Shown here: piece by piece, positions 21,313 to 31,251 of the stretch
How positions within the stretch are numbered: position 1 is the stretch's first letter
Layout of the letters: the number at the start of each line of letters is the position of its first letter
NCBI GenBank assembly: GCA_017460745.1
Contig: JAFUAL010000014.1
Location: 924 to 64,923 of the forward strand
Direction of reading: 5' to 3'
From: Bacilli bacterium
GTDB lineage: Bacteria > Bacillota_I > Bacilli_A > RF39 > UBA660
Length of the DNA: 64,000 nucleotides
Made by a program: the position numbers and the translations under genes
The notes under the pieces: model-generated
What the model saw: the letters and a program-made list of their open reading frames with translations, nothing else
Database searches by the model: none
What the model was told of the DNA's origin: nothing

Positions 21313-22735
21313 ATATTTAGATTTAAGTATTAAAGAAATTCATGAATTATTAGTTAAGCATCAAATTAAACCAATTGATTTGGTAGAAGAAGTGATAGAT
21401 AGATATAATAATAATGAATTAAATGCTTTTATAACGATGGATATCGATGGTGCAAGAAGTAGAGCAAAAGAACTTGAAGAAATAGAAGTAGAAGAAGATA
21501 ATTTATTATTTGGAATACCAATTGCTATTAAAGATAATATTAATGTTAATGGATTAAAATGTACTTGTGCATCTCATATTTTAGAAAACTATGAATCAGT
21601 ATATGATGCTAGTGTTGTATCTTTAATTAAAGAGAAAAATATGATAATAGTTGGAAAAACGAATATGGATGAATTTGCCATGGGCTCAACAAGTGAAACA
21701 AGTTACTTTGGTCCACCAATAAATCCTTACAATAAGAATAAAGTACCAGGTGGTTCGTCTGGTGGAAGTGCTGTTTGTATTGCTGGAGGAATTGTTCCAT
21801 TTTCACTTGGAAGTGATACTGGTGGTTCAATTAGACAACCAGCATCATTTACTGGAATAGTTGGAATGAAGCCAACTTATGGAAGGGTTTCACGTTTTGG
21901 ACTTATTGCATTCGCTTCAAGTCTTGATCAAATTGGGCCAATGTCAAGAAATGTTTATGAGAATGCAATCCTTTTAAATGCTATTAGTGGTAAGGATGAA
22001 AAAGATTTAACAAGTTTTAAGACAAATGAAGATTTTACAAGAATGATAGGTGAGGATATTCGTGGTATGAGAATAGCTGTACCTAAATATTTTGTATCTG
22101 ATATTGTGTCCCCTGAAGTAGTAGAGATTTTTAATAAAAATATAGAATTACTAAAGCAAAGTGGTTGTATTGTTGATTATGTAGATATTAAATTTATAGA
22201 AAAAGCGGTTGTCTTATATCAAATAATTGCTATGGGAGAAGCAAGTAGTAATTTAGCAAGATTCGATGGTGTAAGATATGGTTTAAGTGAATCCGGAAAA
22301 ACAATTGATGAAATGTATAAAAAAACAAGAACAGAAGGTTTTGGACGAGAAGTAAAAAGAAGAATTATGGTTGGCTCTTTACTTTTAAGTGGAGAAAATG
22401 CTAAAACTTACTATAATAAAGCGATGGCCATTCGTGATGATTTGAAGAAAAGTTTTGAAGAGATATTTAAAAGTTATGATTTAGTACTTGGTCCTACCAG
22501 TAGTCGTGTTGCATATGATTTAAATAGTAATAATGATAATCCTTTAAGTGGATTTATGGATGATATTTTAGTTATGCATGCTAATATGGGAGGATTCCCT
22601 GCTATGAGTTTACCTATGGGTAAAATTAATGAATTACCAATTGGATTGCAAATAATGGGACCAATGTATTCGGAGGCAACTATTTATAAATTAGGTTCAT
22701 ATTTAGAAAGTATTTTAGGAGGTAGCAATGACTGA
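21305..22735 (+). CDS. gatA: Glu/Asp-tRNA amidotransferase subunit A
   Basis: Amidase-signature family (GGSSGGSAVCIAGG...GSDTGGSIRQPA). 476 aa. Confidence 0.95.
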   Translation: MSKYLDLSIKEIHELLVKHQIKPIDLVEEVIDRYNNNELNAFITMDIDGARSRAKELEEIEVEEDNLLFGIPIAIKDNINVNGLKCTCASHILENYESVYDASVVSLIKEKNMIIVGKTNMDEFAMGSTSETSYFGPPINPYNKNKVPGGSSGGSAVCIAGGIVPFSLGSDTGGSIRQPASFTGIVGMKPTYGRVSRFGLIAFASSLDQIGPMSRNVYENAILLNAISGKDEKDLTSFKTNEDFTRMIGEDIRGMRIAVPKYFVSDIVSPEVVEIFNKNIELLKQSGCIVDYVDIKFIEKAVVLYQIIAMGEASSNLARFDGVRYGLSESGKTIDEMYKKTRTEGFGREVKRRIMVGSLLLSGENAKTYYNKAMAIRDDLKKSFEEIFKSYDLVLGPTSSRVAYDLNSNNDNPLSGFMDDILVMHANMGGFPAMSLPMGKINELPIGLQIMGPMYSEATIYKLGSYLESILGGSND

Positions 22736-24146
22736 TTATAAAAAAACAATTGGAATAGAAGTGCACGTTGAATTAAAAACAAAAGAAAAATTGTTTTCAC
22801 CTATGATTAATAACTATGGAAGTCTTGCTAATAGTAATGCTAATATTATTGATTTAGGTCTTCCCGGTGTACTTCCGACACTTAATCGTGAAGCAATTGA
22901 TTTAGCCATCCGTGCTTGTCATGTTTTACATTGTAAGATAAATCATCATATGCATTTTGATAGAAAAAATTATTTTTATCCAGATAATCCTAAGAACTTC
23001 CAAATTACTCAAGAAAGAACTCCAATTGGACGTGATGGTTATGTTGAAATAAATGATAATGGTATTAAGAAAAAAATAGAAATACTTGAAATGCATATAG
23101 AAGAAGATACAGCTAAAAGTATTCATGCTAAAAATAATACTTTACTTGATTTTAATCGTGCAGGTGTTCCACTTATTGAAATAGTTACTAAACCATGTAT
23201 CAAATCAAGTCGTGAGGCCGTACTTTATCTTGAAGCCTTAAGAGAATTACTTTTATATGCTAAAGTATCGGATTGTAAAATAGAGGAAGGTTCAATGAGG
23301 TGTGATGCTAATATATCTATTAGTAACTCAGATAAACTTGGAACTAAAATAGAAATAAAAAATATTGGTTCAATTACTAATGTAGGACTTGCAATAGAGT
23401 ATGATGCGAGAAGACAAGAAGAACTACTTAGTAAGGGAGAGATTTTAAAAGAAGAAACAAGAAGATACGATGCTAAGTTAGATAAAACTATTTTAATGCG
23501 TGTTAAAGAAACCGGAAATGATTATAGATATTTTCCTGAACCAGATATTCCTTTCTTTACCATAGATGATGAGTATATCAATAATATAATAAGTGAAATT
23601 CCACTTAATGCTTATAAAAGACGTGAAAAATATTTAAATGCTGGAATTAATACCATAAATGTGGATAAAATTATTGCTAATATTGATATATGTGATTATA
23701 TGGAAACTTTAAATGATGTAAATTTAAAAACAGCATCAAACTTACTACTTGGTGATATAAGTGCCTATTTAAATAAGAAAAATATTAGTATTTTTGAAAC
23801 AAAGTTAACACCATCAAAAATGAAGGATTTAGTAGAAAAACTTGATGGTAATATTATTAGCAATAAAAATTTCAAAGAGATTGTTGTTGATATAATGGAA
23901 AGTGATTTAAATATTGACGAAATACTAGAAAAAAATAATATTAAAAATGTTGTTGATAATAAAGAAATTGAATCTTTGATTAATAAAGTATTAGAAAATA
24001 ACTTAAATGTTGTTTCGGATTACTTAAATGGAAATGAAAGAAGTTTAAAATATTTAATGGGACAAGTTATGAAGGAAAGCCATGGAAGTATTAATCCAGC
24101 TAAAGCCAATGAAATGCTTGTTAAGTTACTGGAAGTTAAAAGATAA
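22728..24146 (+). CDS. gatB: Glu/Asp-tRNA amidotransferase subunit B
   Basis: The N-terminus TIGIEVHVELKTKEKLFS and a C-terminal GatB/YqeY domain. 472 aa. Overlaps gatA. Confidence 0.95.
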   Translation: MTDYKKTIGIEVHVELKTKEKLFSPMINNYGSLANSNANIIDLGLPGVLPTLNREAIDLAIRACHVLHCKINHHMHFDRKNYFYPDNPKNFQITQERTPIGRDGYVEINDNGIKKKIEILEMHIEEDTAKSIHAKNNTLLDFNRAGVPLIEIVTKPCIKSSREAVLYLEALRELLLYAKVSDCKIEEGSMRCDANISISNSDKLGTKIEIKNIGSITNVGLAIEYDARRQEELLSKGEILKEETRRYDAKLDKTILMRVKETGNDYRYFPEPDIPFFTIDDEYINNIISEIPLNAYKRREKYLNAGINTINVDKIIANIDICDYMETLNDVNLKTASNLLLGDISAYLNKKNISIFETKLTPSKMKDLVEKLDGNIISNKNFKEIVVDIMESDLNIDEILEKNNIKNVVDNKEIESLINKVLENNLNVVSDYLNGNERSLKYLMGQVMKESHGSINPAKANEMLVKLLEVKR

Positions 24147-24209
24147 TATTCAAAACTTTTAGATGTGAATATTTTATTTAAAATTACATAAAATATAATA
24201 GAAAGTCAT

Positions 24210-24238
24210 TTGACTTTCTTAAAAATGTGTGCTAATAT
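24210..24238 (+). promoter_or_regulatory. Consensus sigma-A promoter driving the tandem RNA repeats and the toxin gene
   Basis: TTGACT (24210-15), a 17-nt spacer, then TAATAT (24233-38). The -35 sits inside a gaaagtca/tgactttc hairpin that follows gatB. Confidence 0.6.
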
Positions 24239-24257
24239 ATATGGCACATAAGTGATT

Positions 24258-24367
24258 ATGTAATTGATTGCATTGTGAAAGGAAACTGAGGAACATATTA
24301 GTCAATCAATTTATTTCATCTATGAATAGCGTTGTGAAGGGAAACTGAGGAACATGTTAGTCTATTC
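24258..24367 (+). ncRNA. Two tandem ~59-nt structured RNA repeats (candidate type III antitoxin RNA)
   Basis: The core RTTGTGAARGGAAACTGAGGAACATRTTAGTC occurs at 24272-24302 and 24331-24361 and differs only by three A/G transitions. Each core is enclosed by a stem of different sequence (attgattg/caatcaat versus gaatag/ctattc), which is compensatory covariation. No ORF is present in the region. Confidence 0.6.
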
Positions 24368-24376
24368 TAAGATTTT

Positions 24377-24405
24377 GGGAATTCAATTATGGATTCCCTT
24401 TTCTT
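24377..24405 (+). terminator. Intrinsic terminator between the RNA repeats and the toxin ORF
   Basis: gggaattc-aattat-ggattccc hairpin followed by TTTTCTT. It sits 18 nt before the toxin RBS GGAGG (24411-15). Confidence 0.65.
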
Positions 24406-24422
24406 AACTTTGGAGGCAACAT

Positions 24423-24809
24423 ATGAATAATGGTCAAATATTTTATATAAATTTTAGCGGTTATAAAGGGTCTGAAATAAATGACACTCATTTAGGCATT
24501 GTATTTCGTTTACCTAATGTGAAAAATATGGTATTTTGCATACCATTAACCAGTCCTAAAAGGAAACACTTTAAATCGATCGAGGCATTTAACAATAGAA
24601 ATTATAACGAATTAAAATACCAAAATCTGATTTATATAAATCAAACTGATTCAATTGCATTACTTGATCAATTGAGAACAATTTCTACTGCAAGGTTATT
24701 AAACGAATACAAAGATGCAGATAATCACAGTATTGTTTTAAATGAAGAAAATCTATCATTAATTACTATAAAAACAATTAAATATTTAAAACATATATTC
24801 AAATATTGA
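24423..24809 (+). CDS. PemK/MazF(Kid)-fold endoribonuclease toxin
   Basis: GQIFYINFSGYKGSEINDTHLGIVF...VFCIPLTSPKRKHF aligns with the MazF/Kid signature G-[DE]-[IV]-[WY]-x-[VI]-x-F-x-P-x-K-G-S/H-E-x-x-G-x-R-P-x-[VL]-V...P-x-T-[ST]. 128 aa. Confidence 0.65.
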   Translation: MNNGQIFYINFSGYKGSEINDTHLGIVFRLPNVKNMVFCIPLTSPKRKHFKSIEAFNNRNYNELKYQNLIYINQTDSIALLDQLRTISTARLLNEYKDADNHSIVLNEENLSLITIKTIKYLKHIFKY

Positions 24810-24958
24810 TTATATATATCTAAATTGTAAACTATATAGTTTATAATATTCTTATTGATATGCTTAAATAATAAAAAAACATATAATATATCAAAAAAGT
24901 TGTGAAAAATGCTTGATTATTTGCAACTTTTTTTATACAATTATTGTGGGTGGTAAAA

Positions 24959-25243
24959 ATGTCTAAAAGAAAGATTGTAGAAGAGATTTCAGAGGAGTAT
25001 AAAGAAAGACTTGAAAGACTAGATAGTCTAGAACAAGAGTTTGTTGATTCTGTTGTTAAGTTAAGAAAAGATAAAAAATTAACTCAACAAGAGGTTGCAG
25101 ATGATGCAAGTGTAATTAGAGAAACAATTGCAAGAATTGAAAATCGTATTACATCACCTCAAGTTAATACTTTACTTAAAATTCTTGAACCATTTGGTTA
25201 TACAATTAAAATTACTAAAATAAGTAAGAAAAAAGAAAATTAA
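24959..25243 (+). CDS. XRE-family helix-turn-helix DNA-binding protein
   Basis: HTH LTQQEVADDASVIRETIARIENRITSPQVNTLLKI. RBS GGGTGG precedes ATG 24959. Confidence 0.6.
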   Translation: MSKRKIVEEISEEYKERLERLDSLEQEFVDSVVKLRKDKKLTQQEVADDASVIRETIARIENRITSPQVNTLLKILEPFGYTIKITKISKKKEN

Positions 25244-25257
25244 GAATTGATTTATTC

Positions 25258-25674
25258 TTAATTTTCTTTTTCTATATAACCTTGAGTTTTAATTTCTTGT
25301 TCTAATTCAGAGTTACTTATATATATATCACTTATTCTAGATAATACTGTTTCTTCTTTTCCGTCTTTAATAAATAAAACTATGTTTGTTTCATCAAAAG
25401 TAAAGATTTTTTTTAATGATTCTAGTTCATCATCATTTAATTTAACAGTATTTAAATAATAAATATTAATTTTATTATCATTTGCTACATCTTTTAAATT
25501 GTTTTTTAAAACTTTTCCTTCATCATTATCAGTTAAATATAGAACGAAACTTTCTTTATTATCTAACATCTGATTTAAATTTTTTATATTTATATTTTTT
25601 AAATAATTATTAGAACAAGCACAGCTTAATAGTAATATTGTAACAAGAAATAATATTTTTTTCTTCATAAACAC
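25258..25674 (-). CDS. Small lipoprotein (only minus-strand gene in the window)
   Basis: Lipobox LLLSCACSNN after a signal peptide. 138 aa. Confidence 0.55.
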   Translation of the reverse strand: MFMKKKILFLVTILLLSCACSNNYLKNINIKNLNQMLDNKESFVLYLTDNDEGKVLKNNLKDVANDNKINIYYLNTVKLNDDELESLKKIFTFDETNIVLFIKDGKEETVLSRISDIYISNSELEQEIKTQGYIEKEN

Positions 25675-25758
25675 CTCAATTGATATGATAACACATAAAA
25701 AAAATGTTGTAAATAGATTAAATTTATGGTATTCTTTATATAGAAAATAGGTGAGGAT

Positions 25759-26433
25759 ATGAAATATGTAAAGTATTTAATGCTATGTTTTTTATTTTGT
25801 ATTACTTTAAATGTTAAAGCACTTGACAGTTGTACAACAGATGAAATGAATAGACTTAAAGAATTAGCAGGTAATGTTGAATTTAAATATAACTATGAAA
25901 TAAGTAATGAATATATTGCAGAGAATGCCGCTGAAGAAAATTTTGTAGAAGGGGTATTTAAAATACAAGTTTTAAATCATAATGAGGATTTAAGATATGT
26001 TCTTCAATATGATGGTTCCGAATTTGAAATAAATGGTAATGATTTAAGTAGTTTTAGTTTTGATGAAGGAGAAACAATTACTTTTAAAATATATTCATAT
26101 ACTACTAATTTATGTACTCACAATATGTTAAAAACTTATACTATAAAATTACCTTATTATAATCAATATTATCATTATAATAAAGATAAATGTGAAAGTA
26201 ATCAAGAATTTGAATATTGCAAAGAATATTTAGATAAATATACTGGTAAATCAATTTCAGAGATTGACGAAGAATTTGAAAAAAATAAAAATGATGGTTT
26301 AAATATTGTTTCTGAATTACCTAAAAATAATATTGTAATAATTATAATTTCCCTAATAGTAGTTTTAGGATTAGGAATAGGTGGAGTTGTTGTTTATAGC
26401 CAATACAAGAAAAGAAAAAAAGATGATTTATAG
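25759..26433 (+). CDS. Secreted Cys-rich protein with C-terminal TM anchor and basic tail (paralog A1)
   Basis: Signal peptide ...TLNVKA/LDSC, four conserved Cys (CTHNML...CESNQEFEYCKEY), a C-terminal TM IIISLIVVLGLGIGGVVVY, then KKRKKDDL. It is a paralog of 28082-28765. Confidence 0.55.
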   Translation: MKYVKYLMLCFLFCITLNVKALDSCTTDEMNRLKELAGNVEFKYNYEISNEYIAENAAEENFVEGVFKIQVLNHNEDLRYVLQYDGSEFEINGNDLSSFSFDEGETITFKIYSYTTNLCTHNMLKTYTIKLPYYNQYYHYNKDKCESNQEFEYCKEYLDKYTGKSISEIDEEFEKNKNDGLNIVSELPKNNIVIIIISLIVVLGLGIGGVVVYSQYKKRKKDDL

Positions 26434-26448
26434 TATAGTGGTGATAAT

Positions 26449-28062
26449 ATGAAAAAAAATAAATTTATATATATGAGTATAATAGTTTTAATTTTTATTG
26501 CTGCATTAAACATTCTTAGTGTTAAGAGTGTTAAAGCTGAAACTAGTTATACTAATGGTGATCTAAGAAGGTGCAAAGAAGAAGATAAGAACAGTGGAAA
26601 ATGTGAAGAAAAAATAGTGGGTGGAAAAGTAATTGAAACAAGAATAAAAGAAACGTTTGATGAGTACACCGTTACTAAAATTGTTCGTAAAAAAACAGGT
26701 AGTGCTGATAAATTTGATATTAGTTTTATTGTAGATGGACCAGATGCTACTCAAACTCAAGTGTCACGTAATGCAAATATAGTTGTTTTATTTGATAAGT
26801 CAAGTTCTTTAACTGGCAATTCAAATTCATATGAGAATGCGAGAAACGCTGTTGTTGATTTTAGTAAGAGGTTCCAAGAACAAAAGTTGTCTTTGGTGGT
26901 ATTTGCTGGAAATATAAAAACGTTTACAGGAACTCCGTTTAATGCAAACAGTATAAAAAATGCTGGAGTTGGTAGTTCATCTCATATAGAAAAAGCCTTT
27001 AAAAAAGCTAACGAAATATTTGATAACTCAGGTGATGATGAAAATAATTACGTTATCGTTTTCGGTGATGGTCAGTATTGGTTTGAAGGTAATACTTGTA
27101 GAAAATGTGATAATTGCAGATCTAATGAATGTCAGCAAGGGAAAAGTAACACTAATTGTGCAATAACATTTGAAGATGAATTGCAGAAATTAAAATCCAG
27201 AAGTAACATTAATTTTTATGCAATTTTATACAAATCATCTTCTACTACTATTTCTTGTGATTATGAATGGATTAAAAAAATTGCTGATGGTGAAAATTTT
27301 TATGACGCAAGAAGCAATAACAATTATTCAGAATTTTTTGAAAGAATTGCCGAAAGTATTGAAACGCATCAGGAATCAACAACTATTACTATTACAGCTC
27401 TTGTAAAAGATCAAATAGGAAGTGATTTTAATTTAACAAGTGGTAATAATATCATAAATGTTGATAAATTAGGTGTTGAAACTACATCCTTTGAAGTTCA
27501 ATTAAAAGAAAGTGCAAAAACTGAATCAGATGTTTTGTGGCATAGTACTAATAATGGATATACAGTAACTATTCAAAAATCTGATGGAACAAATCGTGAT
27601 TTAAGTTCTAGCTTAAGTCCAGAAGTATATTGGAAACCTGAATCAACAGAATTGGAAAGTTGTTCAGGAAATATCAATAATCCAAAAAGTGAATCGAGTT
27701 CAAATGATTACTTTACAGAAGTATGTGAAGACATAGTTACAGGTAATGTTATTGTAAATAATCTTGATTTAGGAGCAAAAAGTTTTAGCATTCAAAGTGG
27801 ATTAGGTTTTCCTGCTAAAATTAATTTAAATGATACAGTAGCATGTACTTATACATTTAATGCATCTAAATTTAAAGAAGATTACATGGTATATCATAAT
27901 CAATTAAGTTCTAGTGATCCAAAAGAAGTAGCAGATGCTACGGTTAGTTTAGAAGATATGAATAGTAAATTGAATTCTTTTTATGAACTTACAACAGGAA
28001 GTAGATTAAATGTATTTAAAGATAATGAATTTCCTGGACAAACTGCAAAGGTACCTGATTAG
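26449..28062 (+). CDS. Secreted vWA-domain protein (paralog B1), putative pilus-associated adhesin
   Basis: Signal peptide, then GDLRRCKEEDKNSGKC, then a vWA domain with the MIDAS motif VVLFDKSSSL. The C-terminal region has the conserved EVYWKPEST...C.G.IN.P motif shared with B2. Confidence 0.6.
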   Translation: MKKNKFIYMSIIVLIFIAALNILSVKSVKAETSYTNGDLRRCKEEDKNSGKCEEKIVGGKVIETRIKETFDEYTVTKIVRKKTGSADKFDISFIVDGPDATQTQVSRNANIVVLFDKSSSLTGNSNSYENARNAVVDFSKRFQEQKLSLVVFAGNIKTFTGTPFNANSIKNAGVGSSSHIEKAFKKANEIFDNSGDDENNYVIVFGDGQYWFEGNTCRKCDNCRSNECQQGKSNTNCAITFEDELQKLKSRSNINFYAILYKSSSTTISCDYEWIKKIADGENFYDARSNNNYSEFFERIAESIETHQESTTITITALVKDQIGSDFNLTSGNNIINVDKLGVETTSFEVQLKESAKTESDVLWHSTNNGYTVTIQKSDGTNRDLSSSLSPEVYWKPESTELESCSGNINNPKSESSSNDYFTEVCEDIVTGNVIVNNLDLGAKSFSIQSGLGFPAKINLNDTVACTYTFNASKFKEDYMVYHNQLSSSDPKEVADATVSLEDMNSKLNSFYELTTGSRLNVFKDNEFPGQTAKVPD

Positions 28063-28081
28063 GAAGAAAGGATAAGATTAT

Positions 28082-28765
28082 ATGAGAAAAATTAAATATA
28101 TGTTAGGATTATGTTTATTCTTTACAGTTTTAAATGTTAAGGCAATTGATGCATGTACTAGTGAAGAAATGTCAAGACTTAAGGAGTTAGCTAATAATGT
28201 TGAAATTAAGTATGACTATGAATTATTCGATGATGAATACGAAGATGATAATGGAAACACTGTTAATACAGAAAATAAGTTTGCTCAATATAAATTTACA
28301 GTTTTGAATACTAATGATGATTTAAGAATAGCATATTCTATCGGTAATGAAAGCGAGAAAAAAACAACTAAGGAAGCAATTGAAAACGAAATCTTTAATG
28401 AAGGAGATCATCTAAGATTTGCAATTTATGCAAGAACAAAAAATTTGTGTATTGATAAAATATTAAGGACAGTAGATATAAAACTTTCTTATTATAATAA
28501 TTGGTATTCTGAAAACGAAGAAAAGTGTGAAGAATACAAAGAATTTAAATATTGTAAACAATTTCTTGAAAAAAATGTTGATAAAGATACTATAGAAAAA
28601 GAATTTAAGAAATATTCTCAAGATGTGAATAAAGAAAAACGTAGTAAAATATGGAATAATTTTGTTAATAATTATTTATTTAAAATATTAATTGGTATTG
28701 CTGTTGTTGGTGGAGGAGTAGCAGTCTTTATCATTAGAAGAAGAAAAATGTTGGAAGGATTATAG
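28082..28765 (+). CDS. Secreted Cys-rich protein with C-terminal TM anchor (paralog A2)
   Basis: Same architecture as A1: signal peptide ...LNVKA/IDAC, conserved Cys pattern, C-terminal TM, then RRRKMLEGL. Confidence 0.55.
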   Translation: MRKIKYMLGLCLFFTVLNVKAIDACTSEEMSRLKELANNVEIKYDYELFDDEYEDDNGNTVNTENKFAQYKFTVLNTNDDLRIAYSIGNESEKKTTKEAIENEIFNEGDHLRFAIYARTKNLCIDKILRTVDIKLSYYNNWYSENEEKCEEYKEFKYCKQFLEKNVDKDTIEKEFKKYSQDVNKEKRSKIWNNFVNNYLFKILIGIAVVGGGVAVFIIRRRKMLEGL

Positions 28766-28769
28766 TAAT

Positions 28770-31181
28770 ATGAAAAAGTTTATAAAAGGTTTTCTTGTAG
28801 TATCTTTGTTATTTGGTATATTTTTAGTATCTTTTAACACTTTTGCAGATGATGCTTCTGCGGACAGAGGCGATTTAAGGTGTACACCTGAGTATAAGAA
28901 TGTTAAATGTTGGGAACATGATGATAATAGTGATGGTAAAGTAGATAGAGTTACAATTCCAGTTACTGTAACATCTAGTAGCGGAAACACTTATACACTT
29001 ACAAAGGTTGCAGAAAAAACTCTTGATGAGGGAACTGTCAAAATTCATTTTGAAGTAACAGGTGATGGTTTTACCACGATTACTCACACAACCGAAACAC
29101 CATATGCTGATATTGCGATTTTGCTTGATTATTCAGGTTCGTTTTCAAGCCATGCATCTAGTGCAAAAGCGGCTATTAAGGCTTTTTCAAAAGAATTTTT
29201 TAGTAAAAATACAGATGGTGATTTACGTTATCAAATTGCTTATGCTCAGTTTAATGAAGCATTAGGTGACGATAATAAAACAAAAAAAGTTTCAAATTAT
29301 ATATCCAGTATGGATAATTATACTTTTAGTTGGCCTGGATTATCTGAAGATAAACATTCAGTAGTTAATGATGGTTTATATGTAGTATGGAGAGATATTC
29401 TTGGGGAAGCTACTAGTGGCAAAAGAAGTGATGTACCATCATACCTTATCGTGGTAAGTGATGGTGGTTTTAGAAATTATGGTTCTTATGCAAAGACTCA
29501 TATGACAAAATATAAAAAAGATTGTGGTTCAAGTGGAAGTCTGGGTGCTGAAAAAGGGCATGATGAAATGGAAGATGAAGCTGATATAATAAAAAATACA
29601 TATAATACTACTATAATGGGAATTATTTATAATAATGATAAAACATGTTATGATCATGCGGATAGGTCTGAAGATATGAATGCTATATTGAGCTCTCCGA
29701 ATAATTTAGTTAAAATGTGGGATAACCTTGGAGATACTTCGGAATTGGAATGCGATGAAATCGAAGACAAAGCATGGTGTTTAGCGTTTAATATGATTTA
29801 TAAACAAATTACAACTGGAGAAACTACTACTTATGATCAAATAGTTGCAAGTGGTATGGATTATTATGGCGAACATTTTAGAACAGGTGGAACTGTAAAA
29901 AAATCATTTAATATAAGAAAAGAGCAAGGTGCATCACAACCTTATAAATCAAAATCATTTAAGGTTAGTATAGATGAGACAGTACCAGCAGGATGGTATC
30001 CAACAAATGATGGTTTTGAAGGTAAAATTAGAATTGGAACTGAAGAGTTAACAATTCCTCGTGATAGTAACGTTAATCCTGAAATATATTGGAAACCGAA
30101 TCAACCAGAAAAAGAATGTGGCGTTGGAATAAATTATCCAGGTTCAAAATTTGTAAATACGGTAGAAGATATTTATAGTATTGTTTGTACTGAAGAGTTT
30201 GAAGGTCCACATAAAATAAATGATGGAGTGACACCAATAGAGGGAATGTATGGTTTTTCATCAACTCTTGATTTTAAAACAAATGCAAAATGTACATATC
30301 GATTCGACCAAGCAGAATATAATTCTATAAAAGCAGATTTGGAGGCACAAATAGCAAAGGCAGAAGCAGAATTGACAGAAGAAGAAAAAGAATTTGAAAT
30401 AGCATCTCTTCAACGTCAATTGCAAGATCTAGAAGATAGAAGAACAGCTTATTATAATAAGGTTGATACTACTTATAACAATACTAGTTTTTTACATACA
30501 TATTCAAGTAGTTTTTATGATATAGAAGCATCTTTAGAAGTAACAAGTACAAAATCAACTAAGACGGTTCTATTTGAAGAAGAGGAAAGAAGTGGTGGAG
30601 AAGTTGATTGTAGTGGTTCAAAAGAAAATAGAACATGTACAATGAATGCAGAGAAAAAAATGTATTTACCTATTAGTTGTTTAGATCCAAGTACAGGAAA
30701 TCAGTATGATACGTTACACGATAATTGTATATCGGGCGGTAGAAAATTTTATCCTCCTAAAAATGAAGGCTCTGGACATGCTACGCTGTTTGCAAAACAT
30801 GTAACATACCTTTCATTAGATGTTGAAGCAGGTGGTTCAAAATGTGATTATGGTATGGAAGAGATAAGAGATATATTTTATCGTCAAATAGATGTTGCAG
30901 ATCCCTTTGTTCAAAATACGGCAGGCTCAAGAGCAATAGGAAGAAACTTCCAAAATAATGATTTGAAATATGATTTTGTTAGAATAATAGATGCAAATAT
31001 CTGGGATGGAGAGTATGAATATTTATTCCAGTTAGGAAAAACAGATATTTTAGATGTCAAAAATGAAACTATTGGTGATAGCGCTAAAGTAAAAAGTTAT
31101 TTAGGTGAAGGATGTAGCTTAGACTCAAATAGCAACAAAATTATTTGTCCATTGGTAAGAGAACTACGAAATATGGGATAA
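28770..31181 (+). CDS. Secreted large vWA-domain protein (paralog B2), putative adhesin
   Basis: Signal peptide, GDLRCTPEYKNVKC, vWA with MIDAS ILLDYSGSFSS, the conserved EIYWKPNQPEKECGVGINYPGS block, and a coiled-coil segment. 803 aa. Confidence 0.6.
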   Translation: MKKFIKGFLVVSLLFGIFLVSFNTFADDASADRGDLRCTPEYKNVKCWEHDDNSDGKVDRVTIPVTVTSSSGNTYTLTKVAEKTLDEGTVKIHFEVTGDGFTTITHTTETPYADIAILLDYSGSFSSHASSAKAAIKAFSKEFFSKNTDGDLRYQIAYAQFNEALGDDNKTKKVSNYISSMDNYTFSWPGLSEDKHSVVNDGLYVVWRDILGEATSGKRSDVPSYLIVVSDGGFRNYGSYAKTHMTKYKKDCGSSGSLGAEKGHDEMEDEADIIKNTYNTTIMGIIYNNDKTCYDHADRSEDMNAILSSPNNLVKMWDNLGDTSELECDEIEDKAWCLAFNMIYKQITTGETTTYDQIVASGMDYYGEHFRTGGTVKKSFNIRKEQGASQPYKSKSFKVSIDETVPAGWYPTNDGFEGKIRIGTEELTIPRDSNVNPEIYWKPNQPEKECGVGINYPGSKFVNTVEDIYSIVCTEEFEGPHKINDGVTPIEGMYGFSSTLDFKTNAKCTYRFDQAEYNSIKADLEAQIAKAEAELTEEEKEFEIASLQRQLQDLEDRRTAYYNKVDTTYNNTSFLHTYSSSFYDIEASLEVTSTKSTKTVLFEEEERSGGEVDCSGSKENRTCTMNAEKKMYLPISCLDPSTGNQYDTLHDNCISGGRKFYPPKNEGSGHATLFAKHVTYLSLDVEAGGSKCDYGMEEIRDIFYRQIDVADPFVQNTAGSRAIGRNFQNNDLKYDFVRIIDANIWDGEYEYLFQLGKTDILDVKNETIGDSAKVKSYLGEGCSLDSNSNKIICPLVRELRNMG

Positions 31182-31251
31182 GTAATAAAAGATAATAAAA
31201 AATTCTTGATTATCAAAAAGAATTATTGTATAATCAAATAAGATAGGAGGT

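Noticed and set aside
24281-24296. GAAACUGAGGA inside each RNA repeat resembles the hammerhead ribozyme conserved elements (GAAA and CUGANGA)
   Set aside because: The two elements are directly adjacent with no helix II between them, and no UH cleavage-site arrangement exists. The order does not fit any hammerhead permutation, so it is probably coincidental.
24258-24367. The tandem repeats as a CRISPR array, riboswitch or T-box
   Set aside because: There are only two units, they are contiguous with no spacers, and no cas genes are nearby. The repeats have no specifier or T-box motifs and no match to riboswitch cores that I recognise. The closing stems co-vary, which points to repeated structured RNA units.
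24423-24809. Classifying the toxin as ToxN/AbiQ because of the shared PLTSPK segment
   Set aside because: Outside that hexapeptide, the alignment is much better to MazF/Kid: a GxIxxxxF...KGSE...H..V block precedes the P-x-T-S motif, and the protein is 128 aa. It is therefore called a MazF/PemK-fold toxin, while the type III-like RNA context is kept as a separate hypothesis.
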